Origin: Macrostomum lignano
Taxonomy: Eukaryota
DNA length: 21,280 nt
Direction: 5' to 3'
Assembly (NCBI GenBank): GCA_002269645.1
Contig: NIVC01005207.1
Location: 1-21,280, forward strand
Shown one piece after another: positions 1 through 9,472 of this stretch; position 1 is the stretch's first letter, and the number at the start of each line of letters is the position of its first letter. A program made the position numbers and the translations under genes. Under the pieces are notes generated by a model. It had not been told where the DNA came from, ran no database searches, and saw nothing but the letters and a program-made list of their open reading frames with translations.

Positions 1-487
1 ACCGCAGAGGCACCGGCACTGGACTCGCCTGGAAGCTGAGGACATGCTCCGTATGGCGGACCAGTCCTCAAACTGGCCGTGACGCCGCGTCCATCGCTAC
101 CCAGCCCGACAGACACCGAAATAGCCAGTACGATGAATTCTGGGAAGAAGAAGCCGGCAATTGACGCGCTCTCAACGACAGCCAACCGCGCCAGGAGTCC
201 ATGCCATTAGCGTTGAACTAGTGCGCAACGCTCTGATCCGCCGCTTGACGCGCCTGAGACTCTGGGGCTCGACTCACCGACGCTGGAGCGGTCCTGTCTG
301 GCCACTCTGTTCCGGTGGAACAAGCGCCGTTTGGAGCACCGCGTCGGACAATTCAAACGGAAACTTTGGCGCGGCTGCAGCCAATTGGGCGGCCTATTTT
401 GTTGTGGCCTCCGCGGCGCGGTCAATTCTTGGCAAGTTGGCCTAATCCTACCAACTGAGTCGGGAAAGTTGCTTACAGTCGCTTTAG

Positions 488-554
488 TCGATCGACTTAA
501 ATGGCTGCTGCGAGGACGGGAGTTTCGAATTCGAACCGCTTCTAGATCAGTTTG
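488..554 (+). CDS. Possible host exon (SIDLNGCCEDGSFEFEPLLDQF)
   Basis: CTTTAG acceptor ending at 487, open frame, GTAAGT donor at 555; ends in phase 1, compatible with exon 1561-1677. No homology recognised. Confidence 0.3.
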
Positions 555-610
555 GTAAGTTTCCAAGATTGCTTTTCGGTGTTGGTCTAGATTCAGCTAG
601 AACCAGGCTA

Positions 611-1459
611 AAGACACTCAATGAATTAAGCCATGACCTGGCCATAGACACTCAATGAATTAAGCTAGGCCATAGACACTCAATGAATTAAGCTATGACC
701 TGGCCATAGACACTCAATGAATTAAGCTATGACTGGTCATAGACACTTAATGCATTCAGTTATGGCCTGGTCATAGATACTCAATGCATTCAGCTATGAC
801 CTGGCCATAGACACTCAATGAATTCAGCTATGGCCTGACCATAGACAATGCATTCAGTTATGGCCTGGTCATAGATACTCAATGCATTCAGCTATGGTCT
901 GGCCATAGACACTCAATGCATTCAGCTATGATCCGGCCATAGACACCTCAAGGAATTAAGCTATGATGTGGCCATAGACACTCAATGCATTCAGCTATGA
1001 TCCGGCCATAGACACCTCAAGGAATTAAGCTATGATGTGGCCATAGACACTCAATACATTCAGCTATGATCCGGCCATAGACACCTCAAGGAATTAAGCT
1101 ATGATCTGGCCATAGACACTCAATGAATTCAGCTATGGCCTGACCATAGACAATGCATTCAGTTATGGCCTGGTCATAGATACTCAATGCATTCAGCTAT
1201 GGTCTGGCCATAGACACTCAATGCATTCAGCTATGATCCGGCCATAGACACCTCAAGGAATTAAGCTATGATGTGGCCATAGACACTCAATGCATTCAGC
1301 TATGATCCGGCCATAGACACCTCAAGGAATTAAGCTATGATGTGGCCATAGACACTCAATGCATTCAGCTATGATCCGGCCATAGACACCTCAAGGAATT
1401 AAGCTATGATCTGGCCATAGACACTCAATGCATTCAGCTAAGGGCCTGGCCATAGACAG
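611..1459. repeat. Host minisatellite, 31-33-bp unit (GGCCATAGACACTCAATGCATTCAGCTATGAT..)
   Basis: Tandem copies directly visible, with alternating 32/33-bp variants and a 305-bp higher-order duplication. Confidence 0.95.
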
Positions 1460-1560
1460 TAAATTTCTGTAAGTAGCTCAGTAATGGTAGGATTTCGAAA
1501 TTATTTGGTAAAAAATTACTAGCTTAAAAAATTAAGCTTCTAAAATCGCTTTCACTGCAG

Positions 1561-1677
1561 AGAACTTGGCAAAGCAAATAGGCGAAATGTGCAATCAATT
1601 GTTGAGCACCATACAAGAGGCTAAGCGTGATGTCATTCGCGACATCATTTTACTCATGGGAGAGCATACTGAGAATG
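1561..1677 (+). CDS. Probable host internal exon (NLAKQIGEMCNQLLSTIQEAKRDVIRDIILLMGEHTEN)
   Basis: TTCACTGCAG acceptor ending 1560, GTAAGC donor at 1678, 117 bp, open, phase 1-1. Confidence 0.45.
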
Positions 1678-2340
1678 GTAAGCTAAATGTTTGCTTTTAA
1701 TATAGAGTTCATTAGGCAGTCTAGCTTAGACAAAGTTAAATAATAACTAAAAAACCGGTCAGCATCAATACAGGTAGCTTTTCAGTTCCATTGAAACTAC
1801 CTTTTTAAAATACCAGAAAAAGATGCAAAGCATAGAGAGCCGCAAGACAGCCTATACGTTACTACAGTGCTTTTCCAAGCTCAATGGAAAAACCTATTCA
1901 ACTACGAAAGAGGGAGGTTGGCTGAGTTTAGCTGGGTGAATGAGCTAGAAAATCCTATTGAGCTCAAAGCTTCATAGTAAAAAATGAATTGCAACAGCTC
2001 TTATATATTGAGCCATCGTTTCAGTCAACCCAGAGTAGGCAGTCGTTCACGTGGACGACACGTTTTCATTGTCTTCTCTGGCCTCTCAGCCCCTCTCTCT
2101 CCCTTTGTGACTGCCCTGTGGACGAAAGCCCGAGCATAGATATAGTATTTTAATGCTGGGGCCGCTGCCCCGAAAATGCAGAATCTCGAACCAGCTAGGT
2201 ACACTTGTAGGCCATAACAATGCTTTTCTACCATTGTAAAAGCGGCGTGCCTGACCTAGTTATGAAATGAGCTTGTTTTGAGACATATTTAGAAAAGATG
2301 GCAGTTTTTATGCAGAAATCAGTGCGAGATTTATTGGGGC

Positions 2341-2569
2341 TTGTGGGCTGCATCTCTTCCTCAGTTCCTTCAGTGTGGACTGCGGCTCTCCCTCAGTTCC
2401 TTCAGTGTGGACTGCATCTCTCCCTCAGTTCCTTCAGTGTGGGCTGCGGCTCTCCCTCAGTTCCTTCAGTGTGGACTGCGGCTCTCCCTCAGTTCCTTCA
2501 GTGTGGACTGCGGCTTTCCCTCAGTTCCTTCAGTGTGGACTGCAGCTCTCCCTCAGTTCCTTCAGTGTG
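2341..2569. repeat. Host 32-bp minisatellite (CTCAGTTCCTTCAGTGTGGACTGCGGCTCTCC), left flank of the Polinton
   Basis: About 7 near-identical tandem units ending exactly at the element terminus. Confidence 0.95.
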
Positions 2570-2890
2570 AGTAGTATATACGATACAAAATACCCAGCAA
2601 ACCATTCTCACCATTGCAAACAATTTAACCCTTTATCAGTGTGAAATGGCCTGTTTCCCTTCATTTTCGCTCGTCTTCACTTCGCTCAACTCGCTTCGCT
2701 CATCCTCGCTTCATTTCGGTCAAACAGGCCATTTCACACTTACAACGACTAATTCTTTTTGAATGGTGAGAACACGCTCTCGTCGCTCGCTTTGGTTTGC
2801 TGGGTATTTTGTATCGTCAACGCTTCCAACTCTCTCCAACACACACAAACTTTCTAGAACCCGTCGCACGCGCCGCAGGCGCGAAGGGTC
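2570..2890 (+). repeat. Left terminal inverted repeat
   Basis: Reverse complement of 19616-19935; by manual comparison 3 substitutions and 1 indel. Confidence 0.97.
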
Positions 2891-2907
2891 TTTTTCTGTT
2901 ATAAAAA

Positions 2908-3222
2908 ATGAACCGAGTTTACACCTTTTCTGTTAGTGATACTTTTGAGACTGTTGCTAAAAATGCAGAGATAATAAAACAACATATTTTGAATGGAATA
3001 ATTGATGAAGTTTATTTAAAATATGACGACAAGCACGACCTAAAACTTTATCCATTAGAGCTAGATGAGATGTATGATTTAGAACAAGAGGGTGAGTTAA
3101 TATTTCAACTTGGAGATTATTTAAATTCGGATGATTGGGAGGTTAGATCAACAGATTCCGAATCAACAAATAGTTCATATGAAACCAGTGATTCAGAGAA
3201 TGAAAGTGAAATTTTTATGTGA
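2908..3222 (+). CDS. Hypothetical acidic protein, 104 aa
   Basis: Intact ORF, TAAAAAATG start context shared with the other element genes, first gene inside the left TIR. Confidence 0.7.
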   Translation: MNRVYTFSVSDTFETVAKNAEIIKQHILNGIIDEVYLKYDDKHDLKLYPLELDEMYDLEQEGELIFQLGDYLNSDDWEVRSTDSESTNSSYETSDSENESEIFM

Positions 3223-3325
3223 AAAAAATATTTAAAAAATGAATTATTATTCTATAACAGAAACGACTTTATTATGAAAAATATATATAAAAAAATGAAG
3301 GTAAATCGAACCCATTTCGCGTGCT

Positions 3326-3514
3326 TTGCACGATTACTCCTACATCGGAAATGTGCCGATTAATGAACTTAATGAAAATTTAAGTTTGATAACAGTTGAA
3401 CAAATGTCAATAATAATATTAGTAACAATAATAGTAATAATATTGTTTTTGTTTGTTATAAAAAATTTACTACCTGTTGTCTTAAGTAACTGTTCGAACT
3501 TAGTTTGCAGATAA
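3326..3514 (+). CDS. Small single-pass membrane protein (true start uncertain)
   Basis: Hydrophobic stretch SIIILVTIIVIILFLFVI; converges on the integrase stop. Confidence 0.4.
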   Translation: MHDYSYIGNVPINELNENLSLITVEQMSIIILVTIIVIILFLFVIKNLLPVVLSNCSNLVCR

Positions 3515-4396
3515 TATCTGATTCTCATAAAAAGAACCCAATATTTCTTCACCATCCTTATCAGCAATTATATAGGTTGTAGGATTGTATTTAAAACTTT
3601 ACTGATGGTAAATTTCTCACTTATCTTCCAATATCCTTTTCTTCCTTTTTCAAACTTATCTTTCCATTTATAGATATAAACAGAATCACCAACCTTAAAA
3701 CCTTTAGTTTTCTTTTTTTCAAATCTCCAAAAGTAACCTTAACATTTTCAGGTTGTTATAAGCTTGTTGAGGAGTCATCTTTATAGCTGAATGATATGAA
3801 TTGTTATAATCTTTCACTACGTCTGGTAATATTTTTACCCATTTTTGGTTACCATTAAGACTAAACTGAAACCATAATTTCTTACCTAAAGTTCGATTAA
3901 ATCTTTCTATTAATGCGTTTTTACTCTCTCCATAAATAGAATAAATTTTATTAATATACTCCCCATTCGCGTCTTTTTTCCTTTCTTGTCCTTTTTCAAA
4001 ATGATACAATTTATACATGTGAGGATTGTAAAATTCTTTTCCTTCGTCAACACACAACCGTTCGCTTTTTTCTCCAAGCTTCTAAAAGCACAGCAACCAC
4101 CTCTCCCTTTTTGGATTTTAAAGGAACAGCCCACGCGTATCGAGTAAAACCATCTAATATGGTTAAGATATATTTATATCCTTATCGTTTGGCATCGACA
4201 TTAAATCAGCATACCAAATTTCATTCTTTTTGAAGTTCATGATTTTTCTATAAAATTTAGGTTTTCGATATTCTTTATGAAGAATCTTTGCCTCATCAGA
4301 ACTTAACCCACCGCCACTTAACAACAAACACTCAACACAATTATTTCCATGTTGATTATAATTAATTCCCAAACCAAATTTAACTTTAGACTGCAA
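3500..4396 (-). CDS. Retroviral-like (rve, DDE) integrase, frameshifted; C-terminal part of the PLA2-integrase fusion
   Basis: Motifs ILHKEYRK..IWYADL, YILTILDGFTRYAWAVPLKSK, LCVDEGKEFYN, IERFNRTL, YNNSYHSAIKMTP, FKVGDSV, TYIIADKDGEEILGSFYE; D, D, E present; several single-base frameshifts. Confidence 0.93.
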
Positions 4397-4640
4397 ATCT
4401 TTTTAACCATCCACCTAGTTAATCTTTGCCCTACCGATAATCCCTGCAAGTTATCTAATCCTTGAATCATTTTTTGATCGGCTTCATGTTTTAATCTTAA
4501 TGCTTCCTCGGGTGTGTTCTTATCAGCATCTCTGTATGCTAAGTCATGATAGTATGCTAACCAATCAATTCCATTTATGGAATTGAATCGGCTTTTGGAG
4601 TGTCATCAGGATTTAATCTCAAATCTAAGCGAGTGCCGGG
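4370..4640 (-). CDS. Exon 2 of PLA2-like (parvovirus VP1-type, PLA2X) domain
   Basis: PGTRLDLRL..INGIDWLAYYHDLAY..KHEADQKM..KILQSKVKFGLG with HD dyad and downstream D; two 1-nt deletions; runs into the integrase frame without a stop. Confidence 0.85.
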
Positions 4641-4973
4641 TAGTTTACCCTCAATCTTTCGAATGAGGCTGGAGCACACCTTAAGCGGCGATAATTACCG
4701 CCCATCTCCGTCTGCTCTCTGAACCTTCTCCTTATATTTAAAATACTTAGGAGCTTGGCTGCGCATTGCCACCGTGTCTTCAAGCTTTTTACCATCGAAC
4801 CATAGGTTCGCGGACGAAGTCCGATTGGGAAGAGGAGTTACCTCTGTTCCTTCAAAAGATTTCTCAATTGAAGTGGTACTTGAAGCTGTATGACGGGTTT
4901 CACGCAATTTGGAGACATCGCCACAAATAGTGACTAGCAAGGACATTGCCTTCCTCACTCAGGCCACGGGTTA
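4641..4973 (-). ncRNA. Group I self-splicing intron, IC1-like, 333 nt, no internal HEG
   Basis: P AAAUUGCGUGAA (4910-4899), Q AAUGCGCAGC (4767-4758), R GUUCAGAGAGCAGA (4724-4711), S AAGGUGUGCUCC (4682-4671); P7 GAGCA/UGCUC; P3 UGUCUCC/GGAGAUG; P1 CAGGU/GCCUG with U.G at the splice site; P5b and P9 GAAA tetraloops; removal restores NFTG|PGT. Confidence 0.92.
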
Positions 4974-5098
4974 ACCTGTGAAGTTCATTGATGGTAGGTG
5001 TAGTTCCCCTGTATATTTACCAGTAGTAAAGATTGGTGGTAAGCTTGTTAATCCTTTTTGTAAGTCTAAAAACCTCCTTCAAATACTATTTGGGTCAT
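4974..5098 (-). CDS. Exon 1 of PLA2-integrase gene (MTQIVFEGGF/LDLQKGLTSLPPIFTTGKYTGELHLPSMNFTG)
   Basis: TAAAAATG start; ELHLPSMNFTG matches the ELHLP..N(Y/F)xGPGT pattern of Polinton PLA2 domains; one T missing in a T-run. Confidence 0.8.
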
Positions 5099-5648
5099 TT
5101 TTAATAGCCTTAAAAATACATGAAAGCACCAATTGTTTTGCAAATTCTTCAATGGTTGGTTGCTTAACTTTTTTATAGTTATTATCTACGCTAGTTAAGT
5201 ATCTTTTATTTCTCCAATTTTCAGACTTTTTAATCTGATCATCGTCTTTGTAACTAAATGAAGAAGCGGGAATGAAATGATCAATATCTAACTTTCCAGT
5301 ATAATTTTTTGGAACATAATAATTTCTTGTGAAATTTAACCAATCAAAAAAGAATTCTTTTGTGCAACCAAGATAGGAGATATAATGTTTGTCATGAAAA
5401 GTTCTCAATGCCCAAGTTATTTTAGCTCTAATTAGACTAATATTTTTGAAATTTTCATCAGTGCGATATTTATTTTTTGCATATTTATTACATTTATCTT
5501 TATTGTTTATTCTCCACATAGTACATTTAACTTTCTCACAAGATCGACAAAGATTTTTAAATTTTTTTGTGTCATTTCTCCAACAAAAAAATTCTTTAGT
5601 CATCGGTTTCTCAATTTTACACGTAGTACAAATTTTTGTTTCATCCAT
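5079..5648 (-). CDS. Free-standing HNH endonuclease with N-terminal CxxC-CxxC zinc ribbon (giant-virus type), 189 aa
   Basis: CTTC..CRSC, YLGCTKE, LDIDHFIPASSF..NWRNKRYL..DNNYKK; intact ORF. Confidence 0.82.
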   Translation of the reverse strand: MDETKICTTCKIEKPMTKEFFCWRNDTKKFKNLCRSCEKVKCTMWRINNKDKCNKYAKNKYRTDENFKNISLIRAKITWALRTFHDKHYISYLGCTKEFFFDWLNFTRNYYVPKNYTGKLDIDHFIPASSFSYKDDDQIKKSENWRNKRYLTSVDNNYKKVKQPTIEEFAKQLVLSCIFKAIKNDPNSI

Positions 5649-5675
5649 TTTATAAAAAATAAATTTAACAATTAA

Positions 5676-6356
5676 TTAAACACCAGTATGTCCAGCAGCT
5701 TTCGCGCAGCTAAAACAAGTTTTCGCGGAGTTTTAAATCCTTCACCAACAGCCGGTTTGTTATTTATAGAATTAACAATCCTTTATACAAGCTGGTATTT
5801 TTAACAGCTCCTACTCCTAACTCATCATAAAAAATTCTAGCACTTACTAATTCATCCTAGTATAAAATCAGGGTTAAACTTTACCCTAGGGTTAGTAATA
5901 ATTCTATATGCTCCGCCCAATTCTCTATATAGTTCATTTCGATTTTATCAACGTTACCAATTCGATAATTATTACCTAAATCTGTCGCAGCAATACTACG
6001 TGGCGCATCTCTTGGAAATTGTTTAACTTCTTCACCCCTTTCTGCAGCCCTAATCTCTGCACGTCTAATCTCTGCAATTCTCAATTGAGCTTGATCAACA
6101 TCATAAGCAGGCGGCTCATCCAAAATTTCATCCTCTTTTGGCTCAGTATTTTTAGCAATTTTTTCCAGAAGGTCTTTATCTGTTTTTTCTAGTTCACTAA
6201 TTTTCCCGTAATAGGATTAACAAAAGGAGCAGCAAATCTTTCACCAGCTAATTGTATTCCTAACTTTCTTTTTTGTAAATTTCTAACAAAATCAGAATAT
6301 CTTTGCTTCTCTTTATAAATCGCTAACTCTCCATCAACGTCCATAAATTGACTCAT
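5676..6356 (-). CDS. Uncharacterised Polinton protein, frameshifted
   Basis: TAAAAAATG at 6356; joined fragments including ORF 5881-6123; ends LVLAARK/AAGHTGV, resembling the L-x-x-x-x-AGNT motif I recall from Polinton accessory proteins. Confidence 0.55.
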
Positions 6357-6389
6357 TTTTTAACATAAAAAACTTTTTTAACTTAAAAA

Positions 6390-7859
6390 ATGGCTGAAAC
6401 AAAAACTATGTGGAGTGATAAATTTCATTTCAAAAAGCACCGACAGTATATTAATGAGGTCAGAGCAAGAGATTTAAATTATACCCTACCAACAAGTGAT
6501 AATTCAAATAACTTTACTACTGGAACGGTAACTTTTGACATCGGCGCAACCAACACTATATTGGATATGAAAAATGCATTTTTCCGTGTTAGATGGTTGT
6601 ATACTAGAAATGATGGAACTGCTCTTGCAGCCGGAGATATCGCAGATCGATCCGGAATAATAATAGAAAATGATTGGTTTTATAAATGTTTTTCCCAAGC
6701 TCAACTAACTGTTAATGGTGCTGAGGTTGAGACATCATCAAACCCCGCAGAGATTAATGGAGTTTTGAAACATTTAAATTATACTTATTTATCAAAACAA
6801 GTTGGTGATAATGTTGGGTGGATGCCGGATAAAGGTAACGGTCAAGCAGTAGTTTTCCCTAATGTACAAAACGCAGCTGGTGCAGATACTGCAGCGCTAA
6901 TTGTTTACCTTAATACAAACATAGTTCCAGTTGTAACCACTATGACTAATACAAAAGATATTAATACTGGTTTTATAGATCGTCAGAATAAATTCCCAGT
7001 CGCGGTTTTAACCACAGCAACAGCATATGAGCAGACTTTTCAATCTTCCACTATTTGGGTTCTTCTCACCAAATCGGGTATGGAAAGGATTAAAATTTGG
7101 GATACAGTTGCAAATATCTGGTGGATATCAGCCTAGGATACTTTATGGAACCTCAATTTCAACCGATATAGCAGTTCGTATAGATTCAATTCAATTAGTC
7201 GTACCAACTATTGAGGTAACAGCCCCACTTTTAAAACACATCGATAATCAGTTAACGCATGATCAGGAAATATTTTATTTGAATCGTCGACATTTTATGC
7301 GAACCATTAATAACAATCAGGATTCATTCCAGTGGCAAATACTGACATCAAAACGTCGGGTGAGATATATTTTTGTTTGGTTTAAGATAACAAATAGAAG
7401 GAGTAAAAGAGCAAATGGGGATTTATATTGGCTTCAATCCGGTGCCATAGCAGAACAAGCAGCCACCGCAACAGACAATGCGGCTGCAGCTATTAACGAG
7501 TTTAATGTTCAGAATATCCGCCTGCAGGTTGATGATCAATATTATCCGGTTAAAGATCCTCTTAATCTAAATATTGCAAATAATGATGTTAATGATTTTA
7601 TAAAATATTATCAAGATTATGCCAAAAATGAAGCATATGCCGTCCCTCAGTACACACCACAGAGTTTCTAAACATTCATCCAGTGGTTGTTTATGATCTA
7701 ACGGCACAGAAAGAAAACGTAGCCAATATTGGACTTAATTATATGTTAGAGATTAATAAAACCGGTAATCAGGCACTTGACGCCCACGTATTGTTTCTAG
7801 AGGAATATATGTCAATTGCTAAAGCTGATGGCACGATTGTTCGGGACGCACCATTGTAA
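6390..7859 (+). CDS. Major capsid protein (double jelly-roll), 2 frameshifts
   Basis: ORFs 6390-7136 and 7027-7671 plus tail LNIHPVVVYDLTAQK..DAPL*; motifs FSQAQLTVNGAEVE, NLPLFGFF, IRLQVDDQYYP; position next to ATPase and penton. Confidence 0.85.
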
Positions 7860-7910
7860 AATGAGTGCAGGTCTCCGACCGTCGCGCCTATTTAAATTAT
7901 TTCTTTAAAA

Positions 7911-8672
7911 ATGGTAAAGGCAAAACACGATAAGATATTTCCAAATGATCCTTTTCTTTGTTTAGTAATCGGAGGATCAGGTAAAGGAAAAACACACTTT
8001 GTTTACGATTTATTAACAACAGATGGAATGTTAGACTATAATAATTTAATAATTTATACTAATAAACCTAGAATAAAATATTATGAATTTCTTAAACATG
8101 GATTAAAAAACAAATTAAAAAAAGATGTCTTGTTTAGAATGTTAAGAGCATATGAGCAATATGAGGATGATGACGAACCGCGATTTACACTCGATGACAT
8201 TGAGGATTTATGTAAAACAATGGCACAACAGCCAGAAAACATCACCGAACGAGCCCCAACTGTTAGAGTATCAACCCGATTAGCCTATGATCAAATTCCA
8301 AAACATGATAAAACACTAATTATTTTTGATGATTGTATTAATGACGGTGATCAAGAATTGCAAAAGGAAATTTTTGTTAGTGGTAGAGGAGATGGAATTG
8401 GAGCTTTTTATCTAACACAGTCCTTTAGAGAATTAGAATCGATTATAAAAAAGAATGCTAGCTGTTGTGTAATGTTTGATTTAGATAACTATGATCTACA
8501 AAATATTCACGCTAGATTTAATCCCGGGTTGGATGCAAAACCATTTAAAAGTATGTGTAAAAAAATTTGGGATGATAGCCAATACAAACATATTTATATC
8601 AATCCGAGGTTAGAAAGGAAAAATCGAATCTTAAAAGATCTTATAAAAGAAGACGATGAGGAAGAAGAATAA
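7911..8672 (+). CDS. A32/FtsK-like DNA packaging ATPase, 253 aa
   Basis: Walker A GGSGKGKT, Walker B LIIFDD, SGR..YLTQS; intact. Confidence 0.93.
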   Translation: MVKAKHDKIFPNDPFLCLVIGGSGKGKTHFVYDLLTTDGMLDYNNLIIYTNKPRIKYYEFLKHGLKNKLKKDVLFRMLRAYEQYEDDDEPRFTLDDIEDLCKTMAQQPENITERAPTVRVSTRLAYDQIPKHDKTLIIFDDCINDGDQELQKEIFVSGRGDGIGAFYLTQSFRELESIIKKNASCCVMFDLDNYDLQNIHARFNPGLDAKPFKSMCKKIWDDSQYKHIYINPRLERKNRILKDLIKEDDEEEE

Positions 8673-8686
8673 TTCCCACTATAAAA

Positions 8687-9471
8687 ATGGCTACAAATTT
8701 AGATACTATAAAACAATTGGTAGATCGAACTAATTCAAAATTTAGTACAACATTACAGTTTATAATGACAACCAGCGAGCAACGGATTCAATTGCGCGAT
8801 CCATTACAACTTGATCAAAGCCTAAGTTATCAAATTGGTTTGATATTATTTTCGGTTTTTAACATGCCTCAATTAATTAATGCAACAAATAATCAATTTA
8901 GATATTCTAAAGATTCCGGAGCCAATTGGACAACATTTAGCGTTAACCCAGGAGCGTATAGCTATACTGATTTGAATGCTTATATAGAAGGAGAATTAAC
9001 ATCTAACGGCGATTGGGTAGCAGGCGCGATTGTTATAGGGGTTGATTTACCATCTGGCAGATTCACACTATCACTAGGATCCGGATATCAGGTTGATTTC
9101 ACAATTGCAAATTCACTCAGAACCATACTTGGATTTAATTCCCGAATAGTTACCACATCAAGCACCGGAGATACAGTGGGAAATATTGAGGGTGGAGTTA
9201 ATACAATTAATATAACAACCGACATATCAAACGGTGGTTATATAACAGATAATAATGGAGTTTTGGTTCAACGTGGAATTATTTATTCAATCCCATTTCT
9301 TGCTGTTCCAATTGGAGAGAAAATGATTGTTCACCTCAAACCCCAATATATTACCCATTAAATCAATATAATGTTCAATCAATTTATATTAGGATTGTAG
9401 ATGAAAGCGATAGATTAATAAGTTTTGGTGGGCAGTCAATAACAATAATTTTACGTATAAAACAGGTTTAG
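8687..9471 (+). CDS. Minor capsid protein (penton, single jelly-roll), 1 frameshift
   Basis: INATNNQFRY, PGAYSYTDLN, SLRTILGF, INITTDI; shifted tail YIRIVDESDRLISFGGQSITIILRIKQV*. Confidence 0.85.
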
Positions 9472-9472
9472 C

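Noticed and set aside
161-566. ORFs 161-445, 207-566 and 331-558 as host genes
   Set aside because: Non-ATG or overlapping frames with no recognisable motif; the region is GC-rich and may be exonic, but I cannot fix the frame.
2298-2644. Three overlapping ORFs, or a CRISPR-like array
   Set aside because: Products of a stop-free 32-bp tandem repeat; no unique spacers and no cas genes.
3500-3720. C-terminal chromodomain on the integrase
   Set aside because: The frame stops shortly after GSFYENQIL; no chromodomain follows.
4695-4958. 87-aa ORF inside the intron as an intron-encoded endonuclease
   Set aside because: It runs across the ribozyme core, has no LAGLIDADG, GIY-YIG, HNH or His-Cys motif, and is best explained as chance.
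4641-4975. Spliceosomal interpretation of the insertion (CAG|GTTAAC donor)
   Set aside because: The nearest AG acceptor would join to an in-frame TAA and would not restore GPGT; the group I core explains the sequence.
5079-5676. HNH gene lying inside a second, larger intron
   Set aside because: Only about 27 nt of AT-rich spacer precede it and its end overlaps the PLA2 start, leaving no room for ribozyme elements.
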